DNA from: a virus
Reading direction: 5' to 3' (one strand)
IMG/VR virus record: IMGVR_UViG_3300049979_000188
DNA: 64,000 nucleotides
Shown here piece by piece: positions 18,320 to 27,300 of the stretch (positions within the stretch are counted from its first letter, which is position 1; the number at the start of each line of letters is the position of its first letter). A model generated the notes under the pieces. That model ran no database searches and was not told the origin of the DNA. It was given only the letters and a program-made list of their open reading frames with translations. A program made the translations under genes and the position numbers.

Positions 18320-19573
18320 TTAGGGTATGCGGCGGTCAACAAGGGGTTGACGACCACGGTAAACAAGTCCGCTCAACCCGTCGATAGTCAGCCACTCACC
18401 CTGAGCAACCCGCTCGCCGGAGGCCAGCACCAGGGTGTTGTTTTCGATTGTAAAGTTGGCCCCGACTACGGCCGGAATGCCGGCGCGCATGGCTTCGAGG
18501 GCGGCATGGGAGGTTTGACCACCCGTGTGGGTGAGAATGCCCCCGCACTGGACCATATCCACGACTTCTTCGGCAAAGGTATGCTCGGCTACGTAGAGGC
18601 AATCAGCTCCCGTCTGAGCCGGCTTGGGCCCAAAGAAAACGCGGCCGCTCACCGCGCCTGAAACTGCACCCAACCCTTGGGCTACGGGCCACTCAGTAGT
18701 AGCAATGCTTAGCCACCAGGGCGCCTTGCTGTCGCGCCGGTTTACCAGGCTTTCCGCTTGCTGGGGCGTGAGAATACCCACGCGCTGCATCGAGGCCGCA
18801 ATACGCGCAGCCGCTGGCGCGGCAATGTGGCGCAGCAACCGGGCTTGCACCAAGTAGAGGATGGGCTCTGCCCCGGCAACAGGACTCGGTGAGAAGACAA
18901 ATTCTACGTCAACGGGCCCGCCAAAGCGACTTTCCAGTAGTGGCTGTAGGGCGCGTAAACGCGCCTGGTAGTCGAGCGGGAGCTCCTGACTCGGGGTTTG
19001 CCTGCCGCCCACAAGTTCGCCGCCGGTAGTGGCTTCCAAGGCCTCAATAATACCCACCTCAGCGCCCGTATGGGGGTTACGGCTAAAGTAAGTGCCGGCC
19101 CAGCTGCCGGGCTCAGGGGCCACGTAGTTCTGAATCACAATCCCCATTCCAAACTTTTGGTCCAGGCGATAAAGCGCGCGAAACTTGGTGGCCGATTCGC
19201 TGTACCAGGACCCGATTACGCGCCGCAGTGCGGCGTGCAACGCGCGCGTGTTCAGCGTACGCGGGTCGGCGTTGGGCACATCAACGACCGTCTCCAACTG
19301 TCCGGGCATAGATACCAGCGGGGAGGAGCGCACGGCCAATCGCTGACCCAGGTGCAGGTACACCTCGTTTTCTACCTGGGCCCAGTCAGCGTGGTAAATA
19401 CCCAGGCCGGGCTCGTGCTGCGCGATATGCTCGTATTCGGCCGGCAGGATGAGCGCGCGGGGTACCTGAAAAAGTCCGCAAAAGCTGAGTTCACCCAGCA
19501 CCAGCAGGTTGGCAGCCTTTGCGCCAATGTTAACTTCGTCGGCGTGGGGGTCAAGCAGGGTTACCGGATTCAT
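18320..19573 (-). CDS. Truncated PEP-synthase/pyruvate-phosphate-dikinase-like protein (ATP-grasp plus phospho-His swivel domain)
   Basis: GAKAANL, LAVRSS..VSMPG, VIQNYV, DVEFVF, YLVQAR, GAVSGRV, GILTHTGGQTSHAA...GIPAVVG. Confidence 0.85.
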   Translation of the reverse strand: MNPVTLLDPHADEVNIGAKAANLLVLGELSFCGLFQVPRALILPAEYEHIAQHEPGLGIYHADWAQVENEVYLHLGQRLAVRSSPLVSMPGQLETVVDVPNADPRTLNTRALHAALRRVIGSWYSESATKFRALYRLDQKFGMGIVIQNYVAPEPGSWAGTYFSRNPHTGAEVGIIEALEATTGGELVGGRQTPSQELPLDYQARLRALQPLLESRFGGPVDVEFVFSPSPVAGAEPILYLVQARLLRHIAAPAAARIAASMQRVGILTPQQAESLVNRRDSKAPWWLSIATTEWPVAQGLGAVSGAVSGRVFFGPKPAQTGADCLYVAEHTFAEEVVDMVQCGGILTHTGGQTSHAALEAMRAGIPAVVGANFTIENNTLVLASGERVAQGEWLTIDGLSGLVYRGRQPLVDRRIP

Positions 19574-19599
19574 GGACAGGGGTTGTTGGTTTCGTAGCT

Positions 19600-19629
19600 A
19601 GTTTACGGAAAACCCGGTTTACCCGTTAC
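19600..19629 (-). promoter_or_regulatory. promoter motif GTAAC-N17-CGTAAACT
   Basis: Upstream of PEP-utilising gene. Confidence 0.8.
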
Positions 19630-19630
19630 G

Positions 19631-20038
19631 CTACTCTGGTTTGACCAGGGCCAGGAAACCTTCAAGGCTGCGGATAATCTCGTCGTTGAAGGTAAAGCCC
19701 AGTACCGGCTGAGTGGCCGCCCACGTGCAGATAGCCTGCGTCTGGGCGGCCGTAGCACTGGCCTGGCACAGCGTAAATTCAGTGTCTGAGACTCTGACCC
19801 AGCCCAGTCCATCGAGGTAGTCCTGCGCGTCGAACTGCCGCCACTCCCCGCTGTCCTCGTGGGCTTGCTCGGCCAAAGGAAACAGGGTATAAACAAGGCG
19901 CCGGGCGAGGCGAAAATGGCCCACGTGATGGCCCGGGAAATAGGCCCCTTCTGGACTCAGGTACCCGTACTTGGACGTTTGCTGCAACTCTTCGCTTTGG
20001 CAGTAAACACTCCCGTCGCGGTTCAGTATCGTTGTCAT
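19631..20038 (-). CDS. Paralog 1 of GY(L)xxxGxFYxCxxxxH...GWxKLS family, function unknown
   Basis: GYLSPEGAYFPGHHVGH...YLDGLGWVRVS. Confidence 0.75.
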   Translation of the reverse strand: MTTILNRDGSVYCQSEELQQTSKYGYLSPEGAYFPGHHVGHFRLARRLVYTLFPLAEQAHEDSGEWRQFDAQDYLDGLGWVRVSDTEFTLCQASATAAQTQAICTWAATQPVLGFTFNDEIIRSLEGFLALVKPE

Positions 20039-20064
20039 TGCTAAAAAAGGCTATGCTGGCCGGC

Positions 20065-20577
20065 TTAGTAAAGGCGCACTCGCTTGAGAAAATCCTCCAC
20101 GGTACATGGACTAGTGTTGTACTCAAACTTGGTGCGCTCACCGCTTTGCATCCACGTTAGCAGGGCGGCGACCTGCGCGTCACTGGGGTAGAGAAACGGA
20201 TACTCTTCCAGCGGTTTACCCGGATTGGCCGCCGACCACTCCGACATGGACGTGAAGTAAATGATATGCCCGCTGCTGATTTTAACCCACCCATTAGTGC
20301 GGAAAAATGTTTCAGCCTCTTCTTCCAGCTGGTACTTGTCCAGGTGAGCCGGAATGGGGCGCTCGGGGTAGAGGGCCGTAAACTCGACTACTTCTTCAGG
20401 CGTGAGGTAGGTCTGGGGCACGCTGTAGTGCAGGGGCTGCTCGGGGAAGAGGGCCGCGTGCAGCCGGGGACCAAAGCGACGGTGAGCCTGGTAACCACAG
20501 GCGTAGAAAAGGCCGTTGCGGTCCAGGTAGCCGTCGATATAACTACCGCTCAGGGGTTGGGGAAGTAGCGTGCTCAT
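20065..20577 (-). CDS. Paralog 2 of the same family
   Basis: GYLDRNGLFYACGYQAH...FFRTNGWVKISSG. Confidence 0.75.
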   Translation of the reverse strand: MSTLLPQPLSGSYIDGYLDRNGLFYACGYQAHRRFGPRLHAALFPEQPLHYSVPQTYLTPEEVVEFTALYPERPIPAHLDKYQLEEEAETFFRTNGWVKISSGHIIYFTSMSEWSAANPGKPLEEYPFLYPSDAQVAALLTWMQSGERTKFEYNTSPCTVEDFLKRVRLY

Positions 20578-20912
20578 ACTAGGGTTACGGTAAAAAGTTT
20601 CTCTACGCGTTCCAAGTGGTGCGTAAACATGAGCGCCTTGGCGCGTAAGGTGTGGTGTCCGTAGTCAGACCCGATAAGGGCCGTAATTGAATCGAGCACA
20701 AACACCAAAAAATCACGCTGGCGCCAGATATTCTGATGGTATTGGTCAATACTGTCAAGGACAGTCAACCATTGCGCAGCCGTTAAGAGTGGCCCGTGCT
20801 GCATAACGAACAGCTGGCGTTGTTGCGTGACATCCCGACTGGGAAAGTAAGATTCGTAGAGGGCATCGAATTCGGCCGCGATGCTGGTGCGCTGCTTCGG
20901 AGTCAAGTACAT
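20574..20912 (-). CDS. hypothetical protein
   Basis: ORF tiles the gene run. Confidence 0.6.
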   Translation of the reverse strand: MYLTPKQRTSIAAEFDALYESYFPSRDVTQQRQLFVMQHGPLLTAAQWLTVLDSIDQYHQNIWRQRDFLVFVLDSITALIGSDYGHHTLRAKALMFTHHLERVEKLFTVTLV

Positions 20913-20921
20913 AAAAAACGC

Positions 20922-21374
20922 TTACGTACTGGAAGGGCGCTGACCACGGCCGGGTACACGCACAGTGGTAGGTTTGGGCAACGCAACGTGAAAGAAAGGT
21001 ACCTGCCGGGCTAGAAACTCGGCGAGCGTACACTCCTGCAGGTTATAGTAGAGGAAGCCTTGCTCCCCACTCTCCTGCCACCTGATAACGGCCTGTAGCT
21101 GGGCCTCACTCATGACTTCGAGCTCACTGGCCATCTCCTCATCCTGCGGGGCGTAGAGCAGCCGGCCGCTGCTGAGCTTTGTCCACCCCTGGTTGATAAA
21201 CCAACGCTCCGCGTTCTGGGGCTTTGTGGCTTGCGGGTAGAGGTGGGCGAAGAGCTCGGGGGCAAAGAGCCGGTGACCCTGACGCTCGCAGCGGTAGAAG
21301 CGACCCGCTCGGTCTAAAAAACCCGTTGGGCAATAGCCGGCAAGCATTTCTGAGTGGAAGGCAACACTATCCAT
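20922..21374 (-). CDS. Paralog 3 of the same family
   Basis: GFLDRAGRFYRCERQGH...WFINQGWTKLSSG. Confidence 0.75.
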   Translation of the reverse strand: MDSVAFHSEMLAGYCPTGFLDRAGRFYRCERQGHRLFAPELFAHLYPQATKPQNAERWFINQGWTKLSSGRLLYAPQDEEMASELEVMSEAQLQAVIRWQESGEQGFLYYNLQECTLAEFLARQVPFFHVALPKPTTVRVPGRGQRPSST

Positions 21375-21402
21375 GGTGCGTCAAGTAGAGTAAGTACTGG
21401 CT

Positions 21403-21432
21403 GGTTTACGCACAACAGGCCCGGCTTGTTAC
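21403..21432 (-). promoter_or_regulatory. promoter motif GTAAC-N17-CGTAAACC
   Basis: -35 in loop of GGCCCGGC/GCCGGGCC hairpin. Confidence 0.75.
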
Positions 21433-21449
21433 GCCGGGCCCGGAGAGAA

Positions 21450-21854
21450 TTACGGCTCTACGGGAGACCCAGCCGTGAAGCTTGACCAAATCAGGTCCTG
21501 GTAGTCGAGCACAATGCGGGTTTCCTCTTCCGTTAGCCGGCGCAGGCTCGCCGTTGGTGCACGAAGTCTGGTCGCCGCTTCAAACCTAGCTTTATAGGAT
21601 AACAACCTTACCAAAGCTTTATCCGGGTAGCCCAGCAAGCCTACGCTTATGTGGTCAAACAAGTCGGCCGCATCTTGGCTTAGCAACCCAAACTCGTGTA
21701 ACCGCATAACCAGGTAGTAGGCCTCGCGGTAAAAACTGCGTTTCTGCGCCTGGTCGCACACGTAGGCGGGTGCCTCAATGGCCCGTAAGAGCCTACGCAA
21801 ATACTGGTTTATCTGCGCTTGTGAGTCAGCGGGGGTAAATTGAGTGGCGTCCAT
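21450..21854 (-). CDS. hypothetical protein
   Basis: ORF tiles the gene run. Confidence 0.55.
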   Translation of the reverse strand: MDATQFTPADSQAQINQYLRRLLRAIEAPAYVCDQAQKRSFYREAYYLVMRLHEFGLLSQDAADLFDHISVGLLGYPDKALVRLLSYKARFEAATRLRAPTASLRRLTEEETRIVLDYQDLIWSSFTAGSPVEP

Positions 21855-21859
21855 GGGAG

Positions 21860-22255
21860 TTACTCGGCAACGTCAACCAGAAACTTACTAACCGGGATTC
21901 GAAAGCAATTGTAGTGAATGGTATCGGAGTCCCCATTGTAGGCGAGCAGGAACTTGACCTGGGCCTCCGTCATGAGCAGGTCAATATCGGCAAAGTAATA
22001 GAAGCGTCCGTCCGAGAGCTTTATCCAGCCCAGCTCATCGAGGAACGCCTCGCTTTTAGCGTAGCTAGCTAAGGCAGGTACCAGTTGCCGGTGAATCTTT
22101 TCGGCCAGCAAGTAATGACTGGAGTAGCCACAGGGGTAAAAATGACCCTCGCGGTCCACGTAGCCGGAAAAGAACTGCGCGGCCTCCTTGTGGCGCATAC
22201 CGGCCAGGCTACGCGCCCGTTGGTAGGGAAAGGGTTGGGGTTTAACACGCTTCAT
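21860..22255 (-). CDS. Paralog 4 of the same family
   Basis: GYVDREGHFYPCGYSSH...FLDELGWIKLSDG; start refined to MKRVKPQ. Confidence 0.75.
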   Translation of the reverse strand: MKRVKPQPFPYQRARSLAGMRHKEAAQFFSGYVDREGHFYPCGYSSHYLLAEKIHRQLVPALASYAKSEAFLDELGWIKLSDGRFYYFADIDLLMTEAQVKFLLAYNGDSDTIHYNCFRIPVSKFLVDVAE

Positions 22256-22583
22256 GGTCGAGGGTAGGGAAGGGTGAGTTAAGACGCAACAGGTTATGCG
22301 GGATGGTCTGCGCCTGGCTCCCGCGCCACTGGGCACTGCTGTGGGCGCTCTCAAATTCGTGCACCAGAAGCCCTTCAGACATGTCAAGCCCCAACTTAGC
22401 TTCCTCGTTGTGGGCTACCAGGCCCTGGCAAGCGCGGTTGCAGTTGCTGTGACAGGCCCAGTTATGGCCCGTCTGCTGCTTGAGGGCAATAATTTCCCCG
22501 GCATGGGGTAGACAGCCCGAATTCATCGCGTACTCGGCTTCGGGAGTTGCTGAAAAAGGGCAGGTAAGGCAAGGCTGAGCCAT
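22242..22583 (-). CDS. Cys-rich hypothetical protein
   Basis: CLTCPF...WACHSNCNRACQG, possible metal binding. Confidence 0.55.
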   Translation of the reverse strand: MAQPCLTCPFSATPEAEYAMNSGCLPHAGEIIALKQQTGHNWACHSNCNRACQGLVAHNEEAKLGLDMSEGLLVHEFESAHSSAQWRGSQAQTIPHNLLRLNSPFPTLDHEAC

Positions 22584-22590
22584 GGGTGCA

Positions 22591-23589
22591 CTACTGGGCT
22601 TGGAAGGTGAGAAAATCGGAGAGTTTCCAGTCCATGCCATTGAAATCAATGGTTTCCGAGTCCTGGAGCTCGCGCCAGCTTAGCACCACTTCCAGCTGCT
22701 GGGGTGTCAGGCGCATGGAAGCCGGACTGAAATGGTAAAGCCGGCCCGAGGAGAGTTTAGCCCAGCCTTTGCTGTCGAGCAGGCGCTGCTCATCCCAGGG
22801 TTCATCCGCCCCCAGTGGACCCGGGTAATATTTTTTCTTTAGCAGCGGGGCCAGCCAGGTGTGGGCCTGAAAAGAGCACGCGTAGAAGAGGCCCTCCGGG
22901 CTCAGGTAGCCGTGCTGAACCACGGAATGGGCCATGGAGCTGGGCTCGGGTGCCTGCTCTTCCACGGGGGCTTGGTAGGGGCGGGAGGTACGCTTCGCCG
23001 GGGCAATACCCGCCGCCGCTTCCAAGGCATCCAGGCGCTCGGCCCGGGCCTGAATACCCTGGGCATACAAGCGCAGAAAATCGGGCGCCGCATCCGGAAT
23101 CGCCTCCACCGGGTTTACGAGCTTAAGCAGGCGGGCCAGTTTTTGGAGCCGCTGGTAGGTGGCATTCGCTTTCTGGCGCAGCTCATCGGCATCCTCAGCC
23201 GCTACCGACACCCGGGCGACGATTTTAGAAGTATAAACTCCTACATCTACGCAGCCGTGCAGGTGATTACGCTCCGGGTTGGCCGCCTTCGCGCACGCCT
23301 CGGCGTACTCGGCAAACTGCAGCTCGTAGTAGGCCCCCAACCGCTCCATCGTATCTTGGGGAGAAGGTAAGGCGGGCAAATTAGCCTTCACTACACCCTG
23401 TCCATCCGGGGTGAAGGTGAGCTTACCGGCAAAGAACTCACGCACGTGCTTTCTTTTCAAGCCACCTCCGAGCAGAATATCGACGGCCAGGTCGGGTTTA
23501 TAGTGGGTCCAGAACTCACGTAGCTGCTCGGCCAGGCCGTCGCCGTCAACGCGAAAGGAAAGAGTATGGGCGGAGCTTGCTGGCTGCAT
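22591..23589 (-). CDS. Two-domain protein; C-terminal domain is paralog 5 of the same family
   Basis: C-term GYLSPEGLFYACSFQAH...LLDSKGWAKLSSG. Confidence 0.75.
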   Translation of the reverse strand: MQPASSAHTLSFRVDGDGLAEQLREFWTHYKPDLAVDILLGGGLKRKHVREFFAGKLTFTPDGQGVVKANLPALPSPQDTMERLGAYYELQFAEYAEACAKAANPERNHLHGCVDVGVYTSKIVARVSVAAEDADELRQKANATYQRLQKLARLLKLVNPVEAIPDAAPDFLRLYAQGIQARAERLDALEAAAGIAPAKRTSRPYQAPVEEQAPEPSSMAHSVVQHGYLSPEGLFYACSFQAHTWLAPLLKKKYYPGPLGADEPWDEQRLLDSKGWAKLSSGRLYHFSPASMRLTPQQLEVVLSWRELQDSETIDFNGMDWKLSDFLTFQAQ

Positions 23590-23612
23590 AAGAAGGAAAG
23601 TGAAAGAGGAGT

Positions 23613-23642
23613 AGTCTACGTTTTCTCCGGGCCCGGCGTTAC
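23613..23642 (-). promoter_or_regulatory. promoter motif GTAAC-N17-CGTAGACT
   Basis: Intergenic variant. Confidence 0.7.
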
Positions 23643-23938
23643 TAGGTACGCCAAAAGGTGTTCACCAGTTTGCGCCGCTGGGTAGGGCTGGCCAGTAGCA
23701 GCATCCGGGCCAGGCCTATGCCGGCTAAATCACCTTTCTCAGCAGCGTACGCCTGGCACCATTCGATGCTGGAGGTCCCCAAGTTTAGGTCGTCCAAAAC
23801 GATGTGTAGGCTGCCGCCTACTGCGTTACCAGGCAGGGCGTAATAGGCTCGCGTAGCGGCGACGAGCTCAGGCAGTATTGGTTTACGCGTTAGTACGAGC
23901 AGCTCCTCAAAGCTGGTAGCTAATTCGGTGTCAGACAT
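23642..23938 (-). CDS. conserved phage hypothetical protein
   Basis: YY...GNAVGGSLHIVLDDLN pattern; flanked by promoter motifs. Confidence 0.65.
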   Translation of the reverse strand: MSDTELATSFEELLVLTRKPILPELVAATRAYYALPGNAVGGSLHIVLDDLNLGTSSIEWCQAYAAEKGDLAGIGLARMLLLASPTQRRKLVNTFWRT

Positions 23939-23970
23939 AAAAAAAAGGGGACCTAGTGAGTCCCCTTTTT
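23939..23970. terminator. intrinsic terminator
   Basis: A-tract GGGGAC-CTAGTGA-GTCCCC T-tract. Confidence 0.75.
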
Positions 23971-23995
23971 ACGCTAAAAGTCACTAAGCTGTTAC
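23966..23995 (-). promoter_or_regulatory. promoter motif GTAAC-N17-CGTAAA
   Basis: -35 overlaps TAA; -10 abuts terminator arm. Confidence 0.7.
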
Positions 23996-25143
23996 CGTTT
24001 TTTGGTTTGCTGGATGTAGAGTTCCAGCAAAGTGGTGTTCTGGTAGAGGTAGAACTCCAGGCGCATGGTGAGCAGCAATTGCTCGATGAAATCGGCGTCT
24101 ACCTTATCGGGTAACTCAGACGCCGCAAACAAGGCCTTGATGAGTGGTATCTCTGCTTCGGCATGGGTTAGCAGCGTCTGCAAGTCAACCTCGCCACGGC
24201 GAATAGCCAGTAGCTCCTCCCGGTTAGGGCGCCGTACGTGTAAGCCTTGGCCAGCGGCCACTTCGCGCGCAATATCGAGCAGACGACGGCAGTGCATCAT
24301 GTTTTTTCCGTCAATTTGCTGCCCATGCGTGCTGGTTTCCACGTAACGGGCTTTATTTCGCTTGGCCAACCACTGCTCGTACTGCTTGTACTTGGTGCAG
24401 TGCTGCGAGTACGCATCCTTGTCGTAGCTCATAAAGCGAATCGGGGTGCGTCCTTCCGGAATGGAAGCCGAGCGCAAATCATTAGACGTCAACTGCTCAT
24501 TCAGTAAACCAGGCAGGCTAAAGGTTGGGTTGTTGTAGCTGTAGTAGAGGGCATAGAGATTGCGCATCTTCGGCACCGGCACTACCCCAAAATTACGTTG
24601 ACTCACACCAGGCTGCGTTAGACCCAAACGGTCAATAAAATGCAACAGTGGCTCCGAACCACCCTCCGCCCGGGCTACGCGACAAAAGTCAAGGGGCGTT
24701 TTGCGGGTCATTTGCTCTTTCTCCTGGTTCATGAGCTTATTCAAGCCCTTAGCCTTGGTGATTTGCTCATCGGCGTAGCCGGCCAGCGAGTTAGCCAGTC
24801 GCTTGGTGAGAAACTTTTCCACGTGGGTCAGTACCAGGTTGTAGACCGGGTGCATGTGTAAGATGACGTCCTCGGGCATAGCCAGTAGCTCCAGTACCGT
24901 GGGGTTACCCACCCCCAGCAGGGCCAGGAACTTACCCAGTTCGTAGCCCGTCACATCGTTGGTATCGTTGTTGATGATTTCCTGCCGCGTCAAGCCCAGC
25001 ATATCGGGTAGGGGCAGTACGTAGATGTAGCGAATGTCGGTGTCGCTCGTCTCGATGGCCGTGCCGTAGGCCCGCGAACCAGCGACGCATTCAAAAATAA
25101 TGTGGCCACCGGCCTTCAGGGTTTCGTACGTCCAGGTTTGCAT
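23992..25143 (-). CDS. Pol-beta superfamily nucleotidyltransferase (Nuc-transf / RlaP-like)
   Basis: VAGSRAYGTAIETSDTDIRYIY (GS...DxD), GNPTVLELL, C-terminal KNMMHCRRLL...LLAIRRG...LPDKVD. Confidence 0.85.
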   Translation of the reverse strand: MQTWTYETLKAGGHIIFECVAGSRAYGTAIETSDTDIRYIYVLPLPDMLGLTRQEIINNDTNDVTGYELGKFLALLGVGNPTVLELLAMPEDVILHMHPVYNLVLTHVEKFLTKRLANSLAGYADEQITKAKGLNKLMNQEKEQMTRKTPLDFCRVARAEGGSEPLLHFIDRLGLTQPGVSQRNFGVVPVPKMRNLYALYYSYNNPTFSLPGLLNEQLTSNDLRSASIPEGRTPIRFMSYDKDAYSQHCTKYKQYEQWLAKRNKARYVETSTHGQQIDGKNMMHCRRLLDIAREVAAGQGLHVRRPNREELLAIRRGEVDLQTLLTHAEAEIPLIKALFAASELPDKVDADFIEQLLLTMRLEFYLYQNTTLLELYIQQTKKR

Positions 25144-25168
25144 GAGTAAAGGTGTTAGTGACCTGGAC

Positions 25169-25702
25169 CTACCCGGCCGGGGGTAGCTGCCGCTGGTCAG
25201 TGGGTTTTTCGAGGGGTAAAGTTTTTTTCTTACGTTGCCAGCCTCGGTAGTCTGCTAGTAGAGCTCCGAGCAAGGATGCGACTAGCAGCAAAACCCCCAC
25301 CAGGTGCAAATCCGCTAGTGGCAGGGTCGCCGCGTACGAAAGCAGGCTTAAAAAGCCACAAATCAGGGCCGAACGCCGCCAGTAACCTGGCGTGGTAACG
25401 CCCATGTGAGAGGCCACTAAAAAGAAGGCCGCAAAGCATGCCCAGGCCACAGCCACGTGCGTGAGGCCGGCCGTGAGTGGGGTACTATAGGCCGGTGCCT
25501 GGTAGAGACGCGCCAGGGGAAAATGGGCAAACCCGTGCGCCATAAACCAGCTATGCTCCGCATCTGCTCTTACCTGGTTAGCTTGCGCGACCAGGCCTCG
25601 ACCTATCCAGGCCTCTAGCATGCCATAGCCGAATAGCAGGGCAAGCAGTAGCTGAAGCAGGTAGGATGTTGATGGGCCTCGGGTGATTAGTGTGTTAGCC
25701 AT
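25169..25702 (-). CDS. multi-pass membrane protein
   Basis: About 4 hydrophobic segments; start refined to MANTLIT. Confidence 0.6.
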   Translation of the reverse strand: MANTLITRGPSTSYLLQLLLALLFGYGMLEAWIGRGLVAQANQVRADAEHSWFMAHGFAHFPLARLYQAPAYSTPLTAGLTHVAVAWACFAAFFLVASHMGVTTPGYWRRSALICGFLSLLSYAATLPLADLHLVGVLLLVASLLGALLADYRGWQRKKKTLPLEKPTDQRQLPPAG

Positions 25703-25726
25703 TGGTAGGGGAAAGGATGGTCTCTT

Positions 25727-25772
25727 ACTTAAAAAGACCTGCCGCAAATGACTGCGGCAGGTCTTTTTAAGT
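25727..25772. terminator. 20-bp inverted repeat / terminator
   Basis: ACTTAAAAAGACCTGCCGCA-AATGAC-TGCGGCAGGTCTTTTTAAGT. Confidence 0.85.
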
Positions 25773-25779
25773 GGCTAAC

Positions 25780-26367
25780 TTATTCGGAAAGCATGGTCTC
25801 CTGGTTAAATCCGTTCCAGAGCACGGCCGCGTTCTCCATGGCGGCGTAGTGCTCCTGGGCCGTGACCGGGTCCGGGATACGCACTGGGGCTTTTACCCGT
25901 TTACCATCGAGTGTATTGTGAAACCAGCGGTCTCCAGCCGTAGGGATACCGCACTCGGTGCAGATAACGGCGTAGTAGCCAATCCAGCCCGCATCCACGT
26001 TCATGCCCGTTTCAGGGGTGCCGTAGAGCGGGTCAGGCGTCACGATGATTTCGCCCGACCCACGGCAATCTTCGCAGAGGCAGAGTTGCCGATTGAGCTC
26101 GGCTTTGAAGCCGGCTAGCTGTTGTTCTGTAGCCTGAGTTTGCCCGGGTAGCTCGTTTTTCAAGCTGTGCTGCACACCCTGGGCATCCGTGTAGGTAATA
26201 AAACGGGCCCTGCGCACGTCCGCCTTAGAAAGAGTGAAATGTGACCAGTGTGGCGCGGAGAGCGGTAGCTTTTGGCCGGCAAGCAGGTCCGCATCGGTGA
26301 GCAAAATAGTATCTTCGGGGGCGAGTGTGCGTCCCCAAACAGCCAGGCTAGGTGCGTGCAATGACAT
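25780..26367 (-). CDS. hypothetical protein with two CxxC pairs (Zn-ribbon)
   Basis: CEDCRG...ICTECG. Confidence 0.55.
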   Translation of the reverse strand: MSLHAPSLAVWGRTLAPEDTILLTDADLLAGQKLPLSAPHWSHFTLSKADVRRARFITYTDAQGVQHSLKNELPGQTQATEQQLAGFKAELNRQLCLCEDCRGSGEIIVTPDPLYGTPETGMNVDAGWIGYYAVICTECGIPTAGDRWFHNTLDGKRVKAPVRIPDPVTAQEHYAAMENAAVLWNGFNQETMLSE

Positions 26368-26391
26368 AAGAGATGAGTGAGAGGGCGATAG

Positions 26392-26949
26392 TTACTTGGC
26401 GCCGAATTCAAGGTTGAGTTTTTCGTGGAGCGCACGACGAGACGCCAACTCCCGCGCCTCCTCGGCCCTTGCCTTCTCTTCCGCCCGTTGCCGCTCCGTT
26501 TCCTTGATTTCGGCCAGCATGGCCTGGGCCCGGCTCGTGGCGGGTTCAATCACTTCCTTGAGCAGCTGCTGGTAGAAGAAAGTATTGAGCTCCTCCGCCG
26601 CCGTGTAGGCCTCATCGGTCTGCTCGCTGTAGGGCGTTTGGGTTAGGAAGTGGTTGAGGTAGCCAACCTCCGTGCAGTAGGGGTCAGACGAGTACACCAG
26701 CACCCCGTTACGCAGAATATGCAGGCGGTAATCGGCTTCCCCGGAAGCCACCCGCTCATTGGCCAGCAGTAGCAGGCTGCACTCGTGGACGAGCTGCGCC
26801 GTAGTAAGGGGGCCGTAGAGCTGTAAATCGCTGTCAAAACTAGCCATTAAGCAGCCACGGATTACGTCGTCGCTGTTGGGCTTGTAGGCGAAGAGGTGAT
26901 ATAAAGGAGGGGCTTCCTTATGAGCCTGCACATCAGCAAGGGTAAACAT
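26392..26949 (-). CDS. hypothetical protein
   Basis: ORF after promoter motif 26982-27011. Confidence 0.6.
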   Translation of the reverse strand: MFTLADVQAHKEAPPLYHLFAYKPNSDDVIRGCLMASFDSDLQLYGPLTTAQLVHECSLLLLANERVASGEADYRLHILRNGVLVYSSDPYCTEVGYLNHFLTQTPYSEQTDEAYTAAEELNTFFYQQLLKEVIEPATSRAQAMLAEIKETERQRAEEKARAEEARELASRRALHEKLNLEFGAK

Positions 26950-26981
26950 GGTCAGACTAGTTAAGGGGCTACAGACAAGCA

Positions 26982-27011
26982 AGTATACGTGAAAGGCTAC
27001 CCCTCCGTTAC
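26982..27011 (-). promoter_or_regulatory. promoter motif GTAAC-N17-CGTATACT
   Basis: At gene junction. Confidence 0.75.
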
Positions 27012-27296
27012 GACCGCTGGAAAGTAGCGCAGCCCCGAAGCGCTCACGAATAAATCGGCTTGCAAGGCAGCCTCCAGTCGGGCTACCTGGTCGTAGAAGC
27101 CATCCAGCCCAAAGAGGAAAATGGCTAGCTCATGGGGGCTCATGTGGAGGCGCTCGGCAAGCTCGGGCGCTGTTATGCCCTGGCGAGCAAGAACCGTGTT
27201 AAGCTCTTCGCTAAGGTCAAAGGTTTTGGAAACCGAAATTTTAACCGCCACGGGCGTGCGATTCAGTACCTGGGTAACGAGCGGGTCAGTGGGCAT
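26997..27296 (-). CDS. XRE-like helix-turn-helix protein
   Basis: LNTVLARQGITAPELAERLHMSPHEL. Confidence 0.55.
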   Translation of the reverse strand: MPTDPLVTQVLNRTPVAVKISVSKTFDLSEELNTVLARQGITAPELAERLHMSPHELAIFLFGLDGFYDQVARLEAALQADLFVSASGLRYFPAVVTEG

Positions 27297-27300
27297 TAGC

